Of a stretch of DNA of 64,000 bases, positions 10,643-20,279 are shown piece by piece. Numbering within the stretch: the first letter of the stretch is position 1; each line of letters opens with the position of its first letter. A model generated the notes under the pieces. That model made no database searches. It had not been told where the DNA came from and saw only the letters and a list, made by a program, of their open reading frames with translations. This stretch comes from an uncultured candidate division Zixibacteria bacterium (GTDB lineage: Bacteria > Zixibacteria > MSB-5A5 > GN15 > FEB-12): positions 256,001 to 320,000 of the forward strand of contig OY760907.1 of the NCBI GenBank assembly GCA_963664195.1. The letters run 5' to 3'. The position numbers were made by a program, and so were the translations under genes.

Positions 10643-12565
10643 TTACTTGCGACCCGTCCCATGGCCTTGATCGTTGTTCAGCGCGATGCGCCATTGCAGC
10701 CTCTTTCGTCCAGTTTTGGGACTCGAGAACAGCAGCTGCACCCACATTGCGTTCATAGTGTCGGTTGGGCTTATCCTTCTTCTCGTTGAACGGCCATTGC
10801 CCGCTACGCCCATAATCTTCGCGACATCGCCCGGCTCGTCCCAAGAGAGCTTCTGATCGTCGATCCTGTCTGTCAGCCTTTTGAGGCCCTTGAGCAGGTC
10901 TGCTTCTCGGTATCGATAGATGTATGGGTTGGATTCATCCGTCTTCTCTCGAAAAGTAGCAAAGAACTTGGTAGGCTTTGTGAATTGGCTGAAGTAATTG
11001 ACGATGTCTGGAAAGAGATCACTCTGGCAGACATTGATCAGTTCTTCTTCCCAGATGTCAAGGTAGACTCGCTTCGAATGCTCTTCTCGTGAGCTCGAGA
11101 AACTCCCTTCAAACATTTTGTCAAGTGTGGCGGCCACTCGACCGTAGCCCATCTGCTTAGCAATACCGGACATTATTCTGAAGCGAGCCATGGGCGGGGG
11201 GTGATCCATATTGGCAATCATCGGATCATTGAGATAGGAGCGCCCCACTCCAGAGTAGCACGAAAAGAAATGAGCACACAGATATGAGATATTGCCCAAA
11301 ACCAGCGATCCCAAGTCAGCCAGGATCTCGTTGGCTATTGACATAGCTGTTCCTTGCCGGTAGAACTTGCCGGCGTAGTAAAACCTATCGTAGCGTGTAG
11401 TAAGGCCAGCGACACGGGCGATTCTGGACAACGGCGCTTCGATGGCATTGGACAGGCGAAGCTGAAGCTCAGCAAGGCTTCTGATCCCCCTACCATAGAC
11501 TTTCCCTACTTCTCTGAATGTACTAGGGACCTGACTGTCACTCAAGGACTCGGACTTCTCCTGGCAATCATAAGCTACTAGCTGTGAAATGTACAAAACG
11601 GGATGAAACAGCTCGTGTATTAAAACTGGGGCATACCGCACCGTCACCGGGAAGAACCTCGGGGCGACTATGCGAGACAGCGTCATTATCTGCTGCGCCA
11701 GAGCCAAGGTTTCATTTACGTTTCGAGGTCCTCCGGGGCCCTCAGGGTATCCCATTCGACTTCCGGAAAGCCGTCGAATAGCCTCATAGTCGTTGGCACG
11801 AAGCTCTTGCTCCAGAGTTCTCATCTCAGCGGCATCCTTGCCGGGACGGCTGGGATCTCTCAGGGAGACAACAGGAGTACCTCTGGTGTTGTGAAAATAC
11901 TGAAAACTGAAACTCCTGCCGCTGGCCACGATCAGTATCGGAGGACAGAGAGTGCCGAATCTGCTCTCGGGCAGGTATGCACGTTGAATGGCTGAGAAGT
12001 AGTGTCCAACTAAGGCTTCCACGCCACGCAGGGTGTCGGAATAGTCCAAGTGCACTTCGGATAGCCTGACTTTTCGACCCTTGTGCACGACTCTGAATTG
12101 CGATGCACCTGACGGGCCTCGGTATCGGCGATAGACGACTGAGTTGGCTGTAGCCTGAATGGACTGAGCAATGGCCCCTGTTGATCGATCGATCAGACTC
12201 AGATATTCAAAAAACGCCCGACTGTGCCAGTACTTAGGATCTGAATCCATCTTCTCGGGTCCACGAAATGCAACTTCGAGATGGGCAGAAAGACACTCTA
12301 GCGCCGTCTCCATTTTTCTGCAGCGAGTTTCCAAGGTGATGTAGAACTGGGTGAGCTCCCGCCGTTCAAGATTCTCGCACAGCCGCAATCCAAACTGGAC
12401 CTCTTGCATAAGAAACTGCAGAGCTTCGTTTCTATACCGATAGTTCTCACACAATACAGTGGACACCCTTGAGTATTCAACAGTCCTGTCCAGTTTAGAA
12501 CCAAGTTCCTCCCACTGTTCCCGATATGACAAATGAATCTCCTTGACAAGAATTAGATGTACCAT
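10643..12565 (-). CDS. Large zincin-like HExxH metallopeptidase-domain protein (start uncertain; track ORF starts 12814)
   Basis: VLIHELFH, downstream EILAD...G..SY, and HPPPMAR (M48-like HExxH / E-x-x-A-D / HP-x4-R arrangement). Confidence 0.65.
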   Translation of the reverse strand: MVHLILVKEIHLSYREQWEELGSKLDRTVEYSRVSTVLCENYRYRNEALQFLMQEVQFGLRLCENLERRELTQFYITLETRCRKMETALECLSAHLEVAFRGPEKMDSDPKYWHSRAFFEYLSLIDRSTGAIAQSIQATANSVVYRRYRGPSGASQFRVVHKGRKVRLSEVHLDYSDTLRGVEALVGHYFSAIQRAYLPESRFGTLCPPILIVASGRSFSFQYFHNTRGTPVVSLRDPSRPGKDAAEMRTLEQELRANDYEAIRRLSGSRMGYPEGPGGPRNVNETLALAQQIMTLSRIVAPRFFPVTVRYAPVLIHELFHPVLYISQLVAYDCQEKSESLSDSQVPSTFREVGKVYGRGIRSLAELQLRLSNAIEAPLSRIARVAGLTTRYDRFYYAGKFYRQGTAMSIANEILADLGSLVLGNISYLCAHFFSCYSGVGRSYLNDPMIANMDHPPPMARFRIMSGIAKQMGYGRVAATLDKMFEGSFSSSREEHSKRVYLDIWEEELINVCQSDLFPDIVNYFSQFTKPTKFFATFREKTDESNPYIYRYREADLLKGLKRLTDRIDDQKLSWDEPGDVAKIMGVAGNGRSTRRRISPTDTMNAMWVQLLFSSPKTGRKRLQWRIALNNDQGHGTGRK

Positions 12566-12608
12566 AATATGTAACAATGGAACAATCAACCCATTTTGAG
12601 AGGTAGTT

Positions 12609-13295
12609 TTGACTAAACTCAACGCCAGCAACGAATCTATCGTAGACAGCCTAATGGTCATTTTCGAGGTCAATGTATCACCGAAGCTTCCTCCGAAACA
12701 GGTGAAGTCTGTCAGAGAGACATATGCTAAGGTGATAGCTAACTCCGAAGTTACTGGACAACTTGCGGAAATGCTCAGAATCAGTGGAAGCGCGGAATCG
12801 AGGCGCTCCTCCATGGAAAGAGACAGCGCAGTGGGAAGTCCGTCTCAGGCAGGAGACGTTTCCGAAGATGCGTTTGTCGATTTGCTGAGAACACAAGGGC
12901 ACACTGTTTCCAGCAAGCGCGCCATTCCGACGACCGGCCAAGTGATCGCCGACTTGGTTGCGCTAGCCGTCGGGTGCTATGTTGGAGGGCCGGCGGTGTT
13001 GGCTACAGGACTCACTATTGCACTAAGCTTTGCTGTAGAAGCCCTTTTTGTGACCGAAAAGGACGATCGCATTGTCCTCATCAAGATCCAAGAGCATGCG
13101 GATAGTCACGGGGGAGAGTGGCCAACATTTGATGATCTTGTAGCAGGGCTGAAGGAGACTCCGATTCGAGAGTTCGGTAGAACTGACGAAGGAATCCGTA
13201 GCCGATTGCGGACGTGCCTCGATAACTTAGAACTGAAGAATATTATCAACAAAAACGTCGATGAGGAAAAGATTACGTACCAAGTGGCTCGATGA
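12609..13295 (+). CDS. Hypothetical protein with a hydrophobic hairpin and possible C-terminal winged helix
   Basis: GAGGT RBS before TTG; LVALAVGCYVGGPAVLATGLTIALSFAVEALF; LRTCLDNLELKNIINKNVD...ITYQV. Confidence 0.55.
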   Translation: MTKLNASNESIVDSLMVIFEVNVSPKLPPKQVKSVRETYAKVIANSEVTGQLAEMLRISGSAESRRSSMERDSAVGSPSQAGDVSEDAFVDLLRTQGHTVSSKRAIPTTGQVIADLVALAVGCYVGGPAVLATGLTIALSFAVEALFVTEKDDRIVLIKIQEHADSHGGEWPTFDDLVAGLKETPIREFGRTDEGIRSRLRTCLDNLELKNIINKNVDEEKITYQVAR

Positions 13296-13360
13296 CTCGA
13301 GGCGCTTGATCAACATGGAGCCGGAGCGAGATATAGAAACGTCTTAGACGATTGGTGTCT

Positions 13361-13801
13361 TCAAGTACCGGTAATAACAATACCTTGACGCCTAAAAGCG
13401 TCTCGGAATTCTAAATAACACTTCTTGATAATTGCGGGAGTAGTGTACAGATTGTAGGCGACATCCGTTATCGGCAGTTCTTGTCCCTCGCGATAACCAC
13501 CGGTCTTGTACAGGTCAATAATACATATCGCCATAGGGTCATCAACACCGTAATCCGGTCGCTGATCAGTTCGTTCTGGGCTCAATTCTGACTCAATGAC
13601 ATCTTCGCCGGGAAAGAACTGATCCTCCTTCTCGTACTGTTCAACTTGCTCAGCGGTCAGGGAAATCCTCTTGAAGTTCCCCCTCCTTGCGATAGATCTG
13701 ACTGCTGCGATTAACTTCTTTTTGCGCGATGCACTCGAACTTCGGCGAGAACCAATAGTCCCCTCGACCTTCGCGACTCTACTGCGACTTCTTCTTGCCA
13801 A
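13361..13801 (-). CDS. Hypothetical protein with a very basic N-terminus and HTH-like C-terminus
   Basis: GAGGA RBS; R/K/S-rich N-terminus; ITDVAYNLYTTPAIIKKCY. Confidence 0.55.
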   Translation of the reverse strand: MARRSRSRVAKVEGTIGSRRSSSASRKKKLIAAVRSIARRGNFKRISLTAEQVEQYEKEDQFFPGEDVIESELSPERTDQRPDYGVDDPMAICIIDLYKTGGYREGQELPITDVAYNLYTTPAIIKKCYLEFRDAFRRQGIVITGT

Positions 13802-13817
13802 TCTATCCTCTTGTCAT

Positions 13818-13840
13818 AAAAAAAACCCGATTTTCGGGCA
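13818..13840 (-). terminator. Intrinsic terminator-like hairpin in the leader of the 146-aa gene
   Basis: Minus strand GCCCGA-AAA-TCGGGT followed by a T run. Confidence 0.55.
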
Positions 13841-13853
13841 ACCTCAGATGCTT

Positions 13854-13882
13854 ATTCTACGGTACAAAGCTGCATAAGTCAA
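13854..13882 (-). promoter_or_regulatory. sigma70-like promoter
   Basis: TTGACT-N17-TAGAAT on the minus strand. Confidence 0.55.
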
Positions 13883-13907
13883 GCTAGTTCTTCCCATCCA
13901 GAGTTTA

Positions 13908-13922
13908 GCAATTCTGGTGCCA
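13908..13922 (-). promoter_or_regulatory. sigma54 (-24/-12) promoter
   Basis: TGGCAC-CAGAA-TTGC, exact consensus and spacing; IHF-like site near 13987-13999. Confidence 0.65.
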
Positions 13923-14191
13923 CTCATCGTGCGGGGGACTTCCTGTCCCTCGGCCACTCAAGCATGGAATCACGAAACATATTAACAGACAACAACTTAC
14001 GCCGCTCCCCACTGCTCTGTCAACAACAACTTTGCGGATGTACTTTTAATTTCATTATCGACACCACCACTATTTTGGCCGAGAAACAGTATCGAATCCT
14101 GCTCAATTGCTGCATCGTTGTTCAAAAATCGAGCACACTGTTTCACTGAGTTCCGGACTACTGAATGCGCTTTGGACACAATCACGATAGA

Positions 14192-14730
14192 GACCCCCGG
14201 CTAAAGCCGGGGTTCTTTTTGGCTATCACCAAACGCTTCGCGTCTGTTACAACTCCTGACGGAGTTGTCCTGAATCCTGGTGTCCTTGGAATTCCACATA
14301 GTTGCGGATCGTCTTCTCATCCAGGCCAATACTGCTCACGAAATAGCCCGGTGACCACACAATGTTCTCATTCCAATACACTTTGGATAACCACGGGAAG
14401 AACTTCCGCATCCTCGACGACAATTGACTCTTCAAACGTCCCATCGTCGATGAAATGCTGTATTTGGGAGGAATAGTCATCAACATGTGAAGATGGTCTC
14501 TGTCGAAGCCAATTGTCTCTATCGTCACACCGGGCATTCCGCGAAGCAGACCAGGCAGAGTCTTTCGGATGTAAGAACAGACACCAGGCTTCAGGATCTT
14601 TCGGCGGTATTTGCACACCCACACTACGTGGTACTGCAAACAACACATACTATGCGCTGTCTTGATCACTTCCACGACAGCAATATACCGCCTCAAGGCT
14701 CATTCATCCACGGCTAAAGCCGTGGTGCTC
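14192..14730 (-). mobile_element. IS200-type element (IS200/IS605 family, tnpA only)
   Basis: Subterminal hairpins ccccggctaaagccgggg (14195-14212) and ccacggctaaagccgtgg (14708-14725) flank a Y1 transposase; exact ends not determined. Confidence 0.85.
14247..14696 (-). CDS. tnpA: IS200-family Y1 HUH transposase
   Basis: YHVVWVCKYRRK, DHLHML (HUH), WSPGYFVSS, IRNYVEFQ. Confidence 0.95.
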   Translation of the reverse strand: MRRYIAVVEVIKTAHSMCCLQYHVVWVCKYRRKILKPGVCSYIRKTLPGLLRGMPGVTIETIGFDRDHLHMLMTIPPKYSISSTMGRLKSQLSSRMRKFFPWLSKVYWNENIVWSPGYFVSSIGLDEKTIRNYVEFQGHQDSGQLRQEL

Positions 14731-15135
14731 TGTCTGCGACCGCATAGAATGGACAATGGTGTTCAAACGTCCATCGCGTCGCTCATCCACTCACGCCATC
14801 CTGGCGGCATTTCCTAGTGGTCTCACAGTACATTCGGACGTCTAGAGCGCAATTCGCAACCATAGCTCTTGGAGTCGTTCGTCCTCTTAAACATTCTCCC
14901 CTGCAGGCTATGATTGGCTCTCTAATGATAAGAGTTCCGCATCAGCATGGATCTTAGCGCTTGTTTCGCTCCCATTCAGGGCTATCACTAAACCGATTCT
15001 CTCGCAACGAGGAGTCCGTACTCATGGTTTCAACCGTGAAGTCATCATTGACGTTGTCTCTGTAAAAACCGCGCAGTCGGCACCAGCATATGAGGGTCCC
15101 TTCACGAATACGACCCGGCTGTGCCGTTTGGCAAT

Positions 15136-15555
15136 CTAGACGAACCTATGTGGTTCTTTAAGCTGCGGTATGACAGTCTCTGCTGACCTCAAGTCCCGCT
15201 CCCACTCGTTAAGTAGCAAAATCAACTTGACAAGGTTCTGCAATCCTTCCTCGTCCAGCTTCTCCGGGTCGACGATCAGTTGACGTCCTTGCGGTTTCTG
15301 GCAGTGCAAATCACACTCGCGGACTTGTAGTTGGCTCCGCTTTCCTGTGCTAACTTTCGTCTTCAACCGCCATTCCTCCCTCAATGCGTCCCGTATAAAT
15401 CGCCGCTCTCGCTGGTGGAATCCCCGGTAACCTTCCGGTAGCATTTCCGGTGCATGCCCGGTAGCGTTTCGGTAGCCTTCCAGCAGGCTCCCCGGTAGCA
15501 TTCCCGGAACTTCAGCGGGCAAATCATCTATCAGGCGCGCCGGAAACTCGCCCAA
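15136..15555 (-). CDS. Hypothetical small protein; the real start is probably downstream of the CCGG array
   Basis: Only the C-terminal part looks protein-like. Confidence 0.3.
   Translation of the reverse strand: MGEFPARLIDDLPAEVPGMLPGSLLEGYRNATGHAPEMLPEGYRGFHQRERRFIRDALREEWRLKTKVSTGKRSQLQVRECDLHCQKPQGRQLIVDPEKLDEEGLQNLVKLILLLNEWERDLRSAETVIPQLKEPHRFV
15424..15518. repeat. Degenerate CCGG-core array with 11-12-bp period (~9 units)
   Basis: Cores at 15424, 15435, 15447, 15458, 15469, 15480, 15492, 15504, 15515. Confidence 0.7.
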
Positions 15556-15589
15556 TCGTCTCAGCCCAAGCCTTCAGCAACCGAATGTC

Positions 15590-16258
15590 TCATGCGCTAT
15601 CCGCAGCAACGGCTCTTCGGATCCTTCGCTCCAGATCCGTATGCAAAGTCAGCCAACGGCCTACAGTCTCGGGCATCGACCAAGAGGATCTTTCGTATGC
15701 CTCAATACTCTCCTCGGTTGGCCATGGTTGGCTCTTCACGAAAGCGAGAATGCTGTCTACGCCAGCAAGGATTTCAGGGCTCATCTCGCGCCTATTCAGA
15801 GCGATTCTTCCGGCGACGTCAAACCAATCCTCCCGCAACGAGGAGTCCCTGCATATAAGAGGGACGTGAAAATCGTAACCAACACTGTCTGTAGCATAAA
15901 CCACGCTGTCAGAACCGGCGTAGAAAAGTCTTTTGACGAATACGACAACGCTGAGCCGCTTACCAATCGAGGCGAACTCCTGAAGATCCCTCAGACGCGG
16001 ATTTGTCGCCTCCAGATTGATCCTTGAGGAGACTTCCTGGTCAAGCTCCTTGTTGAGTTCCTCAACCATCCGATCCTTTGCCTCGATCTTGTCACTCATT
16101 CCCGGGAGTACGAAGAACCTGTCGTAGCAATAAAGGGACACAAGCACCGCGAATACCGCAAGCACGAATACACAAAACGGTCTTCGTCGCCGCCACAGAT
16201 CTCGTAGGTCGTTGAATTCTGTCTCGATCTTCTTGACTTTTGATATATACTTAGCCAC
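15590..16258 (-). CDS. Hypothetical membrane-anchored protein (1 TM plus coiled coil)
   Basis: GAGGT RBS; FCVFVLAVFAVLVSLYCY transmembrane segment. Confidence 0.65.
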   Translation of the reverse strand: MAKYISKVKKIETEFNDLRDLWRRRRPFCVFVLAVFAVLVSLYCYDRFFVLPGMSDKIEAKDRMVEELNKELDQEVSSRINLEATNPRLRDLQEFASIGKRLSVVVFVKRLFYAGSDSVVYATDSVGYDFHVPLICRDSSLREDWFDVAGRIALNRREMSPEILAGVDSILAFVKSQPWPTEESIEAYERSSWSMPETVGRWLTLHTDLERRIRRAVAADSA

Positions 16259-16461
16259 TACCTCTCCGTTCTCTCAGCTTGATGGACGGTATCCGAGCCG
16301 ATTACTGGGGATCATCTCGCTGACGAACCACGATACCGTTCCTTTCCGGTTTGGGCACAGACTGCTCGCCAAACATCCTTCGGCATTCCCAGTCTGCTCA
16401 CACAGTCGTCCTCTTCGCAGATGATGCCGCGATTCCAGAAAGTCTACCCTCCAGAGATTCA

Positions 16462-17772
16462 TTATCTACTTCCCAACATCAGTCGAAAGATCGTGAGGGC
16501 ACCTTCTACTCCGATGAATAACCCAAGATAGTTGTCAATGTCTTCTCCCTTCAAGGATCGGAAGTCTTCGGCGAATTGCATCTCTCTCCTCAGAACAGGT
16601 CCGTTGGGTTGGCCTCGTCGGTGAAACTGAAGGTATTCGATGCCCGAATCCACTGCAACGGAATCATCACCTTCATCATCGATATACTGGATGAAGTAGT
16701 TTCGGCCACTCTGTGAACGGACCAAGATATACACATCGAATTGCGTACAGTCCCGTAAGTAGTCCATGCAAATGAACCTGATCTTCCTGAAGTACTTCTC
16801 CTTGAAACCGATCACTCTGAAGGCACTATTGCCTATTGATCGCAAGCTCACAACTCTGGCGACGTCCATTACATTGGACTCACTTACACTTATCTCGCCA
16901 TTGGCATAATCCGAGTGGTAAGTCCTGAGTCCAAATGCTTCCTGGTGAACTGCGTCAAGCCTCACGACACCAACGGGAAAGTCACTGTAGGAGAAAAGAA
17001 ACCGCGCGTTGGACAAGTACTCAGGAGTACTCATCAGGAAGGTGACAAGTATCTCCTGGCGAGATGCCCCCTCGATTCGAGATAGTCCGACGCTATGATG
17101 AACAACCTCATACAGAACGGGATTTCTCCCTAGTACTTGGGAATAGGCGGCGTCAACAGTATCTCGAATGCCGTCATCGTCAAGAACACGTGTGAACTCA
17201 TCCATCGACTGAAAACCAAGAATCGATAACTGCCTTTGGATACGCGCCCCTTCATCCGCCGTCACACTGTCTTGATAACGTTCCTGTAGGGCTGATGATA
17301 TTCGACCTGGAGTATAACGAGTCTGCAGTTGAGAGTAATTGTCATATTCAAGGGGAAAGTACTTGATGAATACATCGTCGCTCTTGGTGATCATCTCATA
17401 TATCTGCTGGGGTCGCAATACTTGGCACTCGATACCCTGAGTGGTCAGATCTCTCAATTTTGTGGCAAGCGGCTCCGAAATCCTTGAAGTAACAGCCAAG
17501 ACGAAGCCTTCTGCTCCAAAGCGTCGCACCGTATCGCTGATATCCTGAACATGGCCGGCGTTTACTGTATTTGCATATCTCTTGCACTGCACTATGTATA
17601 TGTCACGGCCGAAATCGGAGATCGTCTCCGGTGTTCTCTCAATCACAAGGTCTCGCCCCCCGTCAGGTCCCTCACCCGCGTGAAACGTAACAGCCCATTG
17701 TTCCTTGGTGAACAGGTCATCCATCAGATCTTCGAATCCATCCGAAGCGAGATTGTTCAAGTCAATTAGCAT
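16462..17772 (-). CDS. Mrr-like (type IV) restriction endonuclease domain fused to an unknown C-terminal region
   Basis: FEDLM...GPDGGRDL...IVQCKRY (PD-QxK Mrr_cat motif); likely start MLIDLNN. Confidence 0.8.
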   Translation of the reverse strand: MLIDLNNLASDGFEDLMDDLFTKEQWAVTFHAGEGPDGGRDLVIERTPETISDFGRDIYIVQCKRYANTVNAGHVQDISDTVRRFGAEGFVLAVTSRISEPLATKLRDLTTQGIECQVLRPQQIYEMITKSDDVFIKYFPLEYDNYSQLQTRYTPGRISSALQERYQDSVTADEGARIQRQLSILGFQSMDEFTRVLDDDGIRDTVDAAYSQVLGRNPVLYEVVHHSVGLSRIEGASRQEILVTFLMSTPEYLSNARFLFSYSDFPVGVVRLDAVHQEAFGLRTYHSDYANGEISVSESNVMDVARVVSLRSIGNSAFRVIGFKEKYFRKIRFICMDYLRDCTQFDVYILVRSQSGRNYFIQYIDDEGDDSVAVDSGIEYLQFHRRGQPNGPVLRREMQFAEDFRSLKGEDIDNYLGLFIGVEGALTIFRLMLGSR

Positions 17773-17880
17773 TGAAGACTCCAACGTCTTAGTACGCGGC
17801 CGAAGCCACTCCAACTTCTTTTGGGCGAATCTCCAGCGAGAAGACTCGCGGTTTCGAGAGAAGACGTATCCTCAATATCT

Positions 17881-18963
17881 TCAGTTCTCAAGCCGCATCA
17901 GGAAAGCAAACCAACCGCTTCTGTCGCCGTAGTAATCCCAAGTGGTTTTGGCTACCGAGGCAGCGGACGGGATCAGTCCGAATCCTGGAATCATCGACGT
18001 CAACCCCATTCCAACGTCTATGGCCAACTGCTTTGGCGTCGGGTAACTCTCCCTCAGTTCAGCAAACAACGCACGGACGATTTTGTCATCAAGCAAGCTC
18101 GCGACTCTTTCCGCGTCCAACAGAATGTCTGGGGCCGCATGGATTCCGGAGACCAAGTTGCTCAGAAATCGCCGAAGCTCAATCCATAACCTGCTATCGC
18201 GGAGACTCAGTATGTCTGCCATCGAATGGCCGGAAAGGTCAGGTACAACCAGTGACATCAGTCTCTTGAACGCCAGTTCCTCCAGTTTCGGCGAGAATTG
18301 GAGGCCCGAGTCTCCCGCGCACTTCAGTTTCAGGATATCTGCATGCCGGGGATCCAGCACAACCGCGGATCGCAACAGAGTAGAGGTTATCAGGTCCTCG
18401 TTGAGGTTCCCCAGGAACAGGTCGCGAATCTGCTTGACGGCGTGAGCCGAAGACAGCTTCCTTCGGTCTTCCCGTGTCTGATCTCTGATCGCGTCCTTGG
18501 CTTCTTTCGGAAACTTGTTCCTGTCCAAGTTGATCCGTCTAATGAAATCGCATTCATCCTCGCCAATCGATCCAAGAAGCTCATGATAATCAATCTTGTA
18601 TCTGGCCACTGTCGGACCCTGAATGATGGACTGTATCCGACTGCCACCGTGCATTTGCAGACCCACCTGGAGATCGCCGGGTTTGATGTCTCTCTCGTAT
18701 TCGATGCCCCGGTGTTCATCAGGGAGAGTCCCGGACGGATAATGAGAGCAAAAGTTGCCATCCTCTGTGATCTCCGCAATATACGTCCCATCTTCAATCA
18801 GAATTTCATCATAAAGCAGAATGGCGTGTTTCAGTCGTTCCTCAATGGATTGACGCAGATCAGCACACTGAAACCACTCTACGTTGGATTTGAGTGGAAA
18901 GAAAACTGTACTCATCGAATCTTCTGACATGATCACCTCAACTACAATCTCTTCTATGATCAC
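17881..18963 (-). CDS. Hypothetical protein with a C-terminal hydrophobic hairpin (possibly DUF6236-like)
   Basis: ILLYDEILIE at the N-terminus; VGMGLTSMIPGFGLIPSAASVA...GWFAFLMRL at the C-terminus; family from recall only. Confidence 0.55.
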   Translation of the reverse strand: MIIEEIVVEVIMSEDSMSTVFFPLKSNVEWFQCADLRQSIEERLKHAILLYDEILIEDGTYIAEITEDGNFCSHYPSGTLPDEHRGIEYERDIKPGDLQVGLQMHGGSRIQSIIQGPTVARYKIDYHELLGSIGEDECDFIRRINLDRNKFPKEAKDAIRDQTREDRRKLSSAHAVKQIRDLFLGNLNEDLITSTLLRSAVVLDPRHADILKLKCAGDSGLQFSPKLEELAFKRLMSLVVPDLSGHSMADILSLRDSRLWIELRRFLSNLVSGIHAAPDILLDAERVASLLDDKIVRALFAELRESYPTPKQLAIDVGMGLTSMIPGFGLIPSAASVAKTTWDYYGDRSGWFAFLMRLEN

Positions 18964-18996
18964 CCTCTGCTAGCCGGAGCCCGAGTCTCCTGTCGT

Positions 18997-19068
18997 CCGG
19001 TAGTAGTCCCGGAAAGTGTCCGGTGACAGTCCAATGCGGCTCCCGGTACGTGTTCGGGAGTCGACCGC
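18997..19068. repeat. Second degenerate CCGG-core array with 11-12-bp period (~7 units)
   Basis: Cores at 18997, 19009, 19020, 19031, 19043, 19054, 19065. Confidence 0.65.
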
Positions 19069-19357
19069 CACGTGAGCTTCCCGGCGTGCGGGGAGATCTA
19101 CCCTTTGGTATCAGCCCGACAATTGCAGACAGTCTTTGCCAAGCTGGGTCCCTGGGCCCGTTCTCTGTTGTTCAAACTTGATCATCGATGTCGAGTACGA
19201 TTGCGCACAGACTCCCCCGCAATATCGCGGATATGTGACCATTATAACCTATTGACCGGACCGGTGTCAAGCAGTAACTTGTGCCATACAAGCACGTTAC
19301 GAGGATACGCGCCACTTCGTGGGCCGTATTTATTCACGATGTGACGGACCAACAGCT

Positions 19358-20194
19358 ATGACCAGAACTGAAGTAACCAAAGACGAACTGGATTTCTTTG
19401 TCTCCTTCTTCCGCCAGAGCATGGAAGAGTTCGAAACCGCAGTCGACCTGCGCGAGGAGATCAGGAGTCTGATGAATGGGGAGGCGTTTCGCAAGGCCTA
19501 CTCTGAACTTGGGCACCCTTTATACTTCGACAACTACCGACCGGTGCGCGCATCGGATATCAAAGAACCGATGTGGACCGTGAACATCTTGGAAACACTC
19601 GAAATCCACAGGTTGCTGACAGAGGCGCTTCACGACAACAACGCAGGCCTCTGGGAAGAGTTGAAGTCAGATGTAGTTGCAGATGTGCTTGTCCATTTGA
19701 GACACAATGTGTCCTATCTCTGCGTTGTCATGCACAACCTTGACATTCCCGACCTAATCGAGACGGCACGGCGTGCAGGACGAATGGAGGACAAACGCAA
19801 GGCATTGCTGCGACTCGTAGAACTGGACAACAACTTCCTGAGAGCTCCTTTCGCCGGGCGAATCCTGGCCAGGACAGATATTGAGAGTGAGCGCGACTTT
19901 CGAATAGCTCTCTCCAAATCCCTGGCCCCCAAACACCTCGCAAGTCTTCTGAAGAAGCACAGACAAAAGAGAGCTCTGGAGATCCTACTGGCGTTTGGCT
20001 ACAAAGATCGATCCTACAGTACTTGGACCGCATTCTTCAAGCACTACAATTCCGTATTGAAAGACATGGGAGAAGCGGATAAGGGATTCTACAGCTACGA
20101 GAATTCCGATACGATCAGACGAGCCATCAAGTCCTTTAGAATACCGAAAAAGAACCTCAAAGGAGGTCGGCTGCCGGGTCACTCGAAGTCCTGA
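19358..20194 (+). CDS. Hypothetical helical protein, possible element regulator
   Basis: 278-aa ORF leading the replication module; basic C-terminus. Confidence 0.6.
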   Translation: MTRTEVTKDELDFFVSFFRQSMEEFETAVDLREEIRSLMNGEAFRKAYSELGHPLYFDNYRPVRASDIKEPMWTVNILETLEIHRLLTEALHDNNAGLWEELKSDVVADVLVHLRHNVSYLCVVMHNLDIPDLIETARRAGRMEDKRKALLRLVELDNNFLRAPFAGRILARTDIESERDFRIALSKSLAPKHLASLLKKHRQKRALEILLAFGYKDRSYSTWTAFFKHYNSVLKDMGEADKGFYSYENSDTIRRAIKSFRIPKKNLKGGRLPGHSKS

Positions 20195-20279
20195 TCCCTC
20201 TTCTCCGGAAATACCGGAAGAAACGCACCCCTCGATTTCTCCACTATTCACACTGCTAGAATCCGCACTAGTTGCGGGC

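Noticed and set aside
12566..12814. N-terminal extension of the 723-aa track ORF
   Set aside because: Overlaps the divergent 12609 gene, which has a good RBS; probably not translated
15424..19068. CCGG arrays or 22064-22142 iterons as CRISPR
   Set aside because: Units are 9-12 bp with no spacers and there are no cas genes; no CRISPR array was seen in the window
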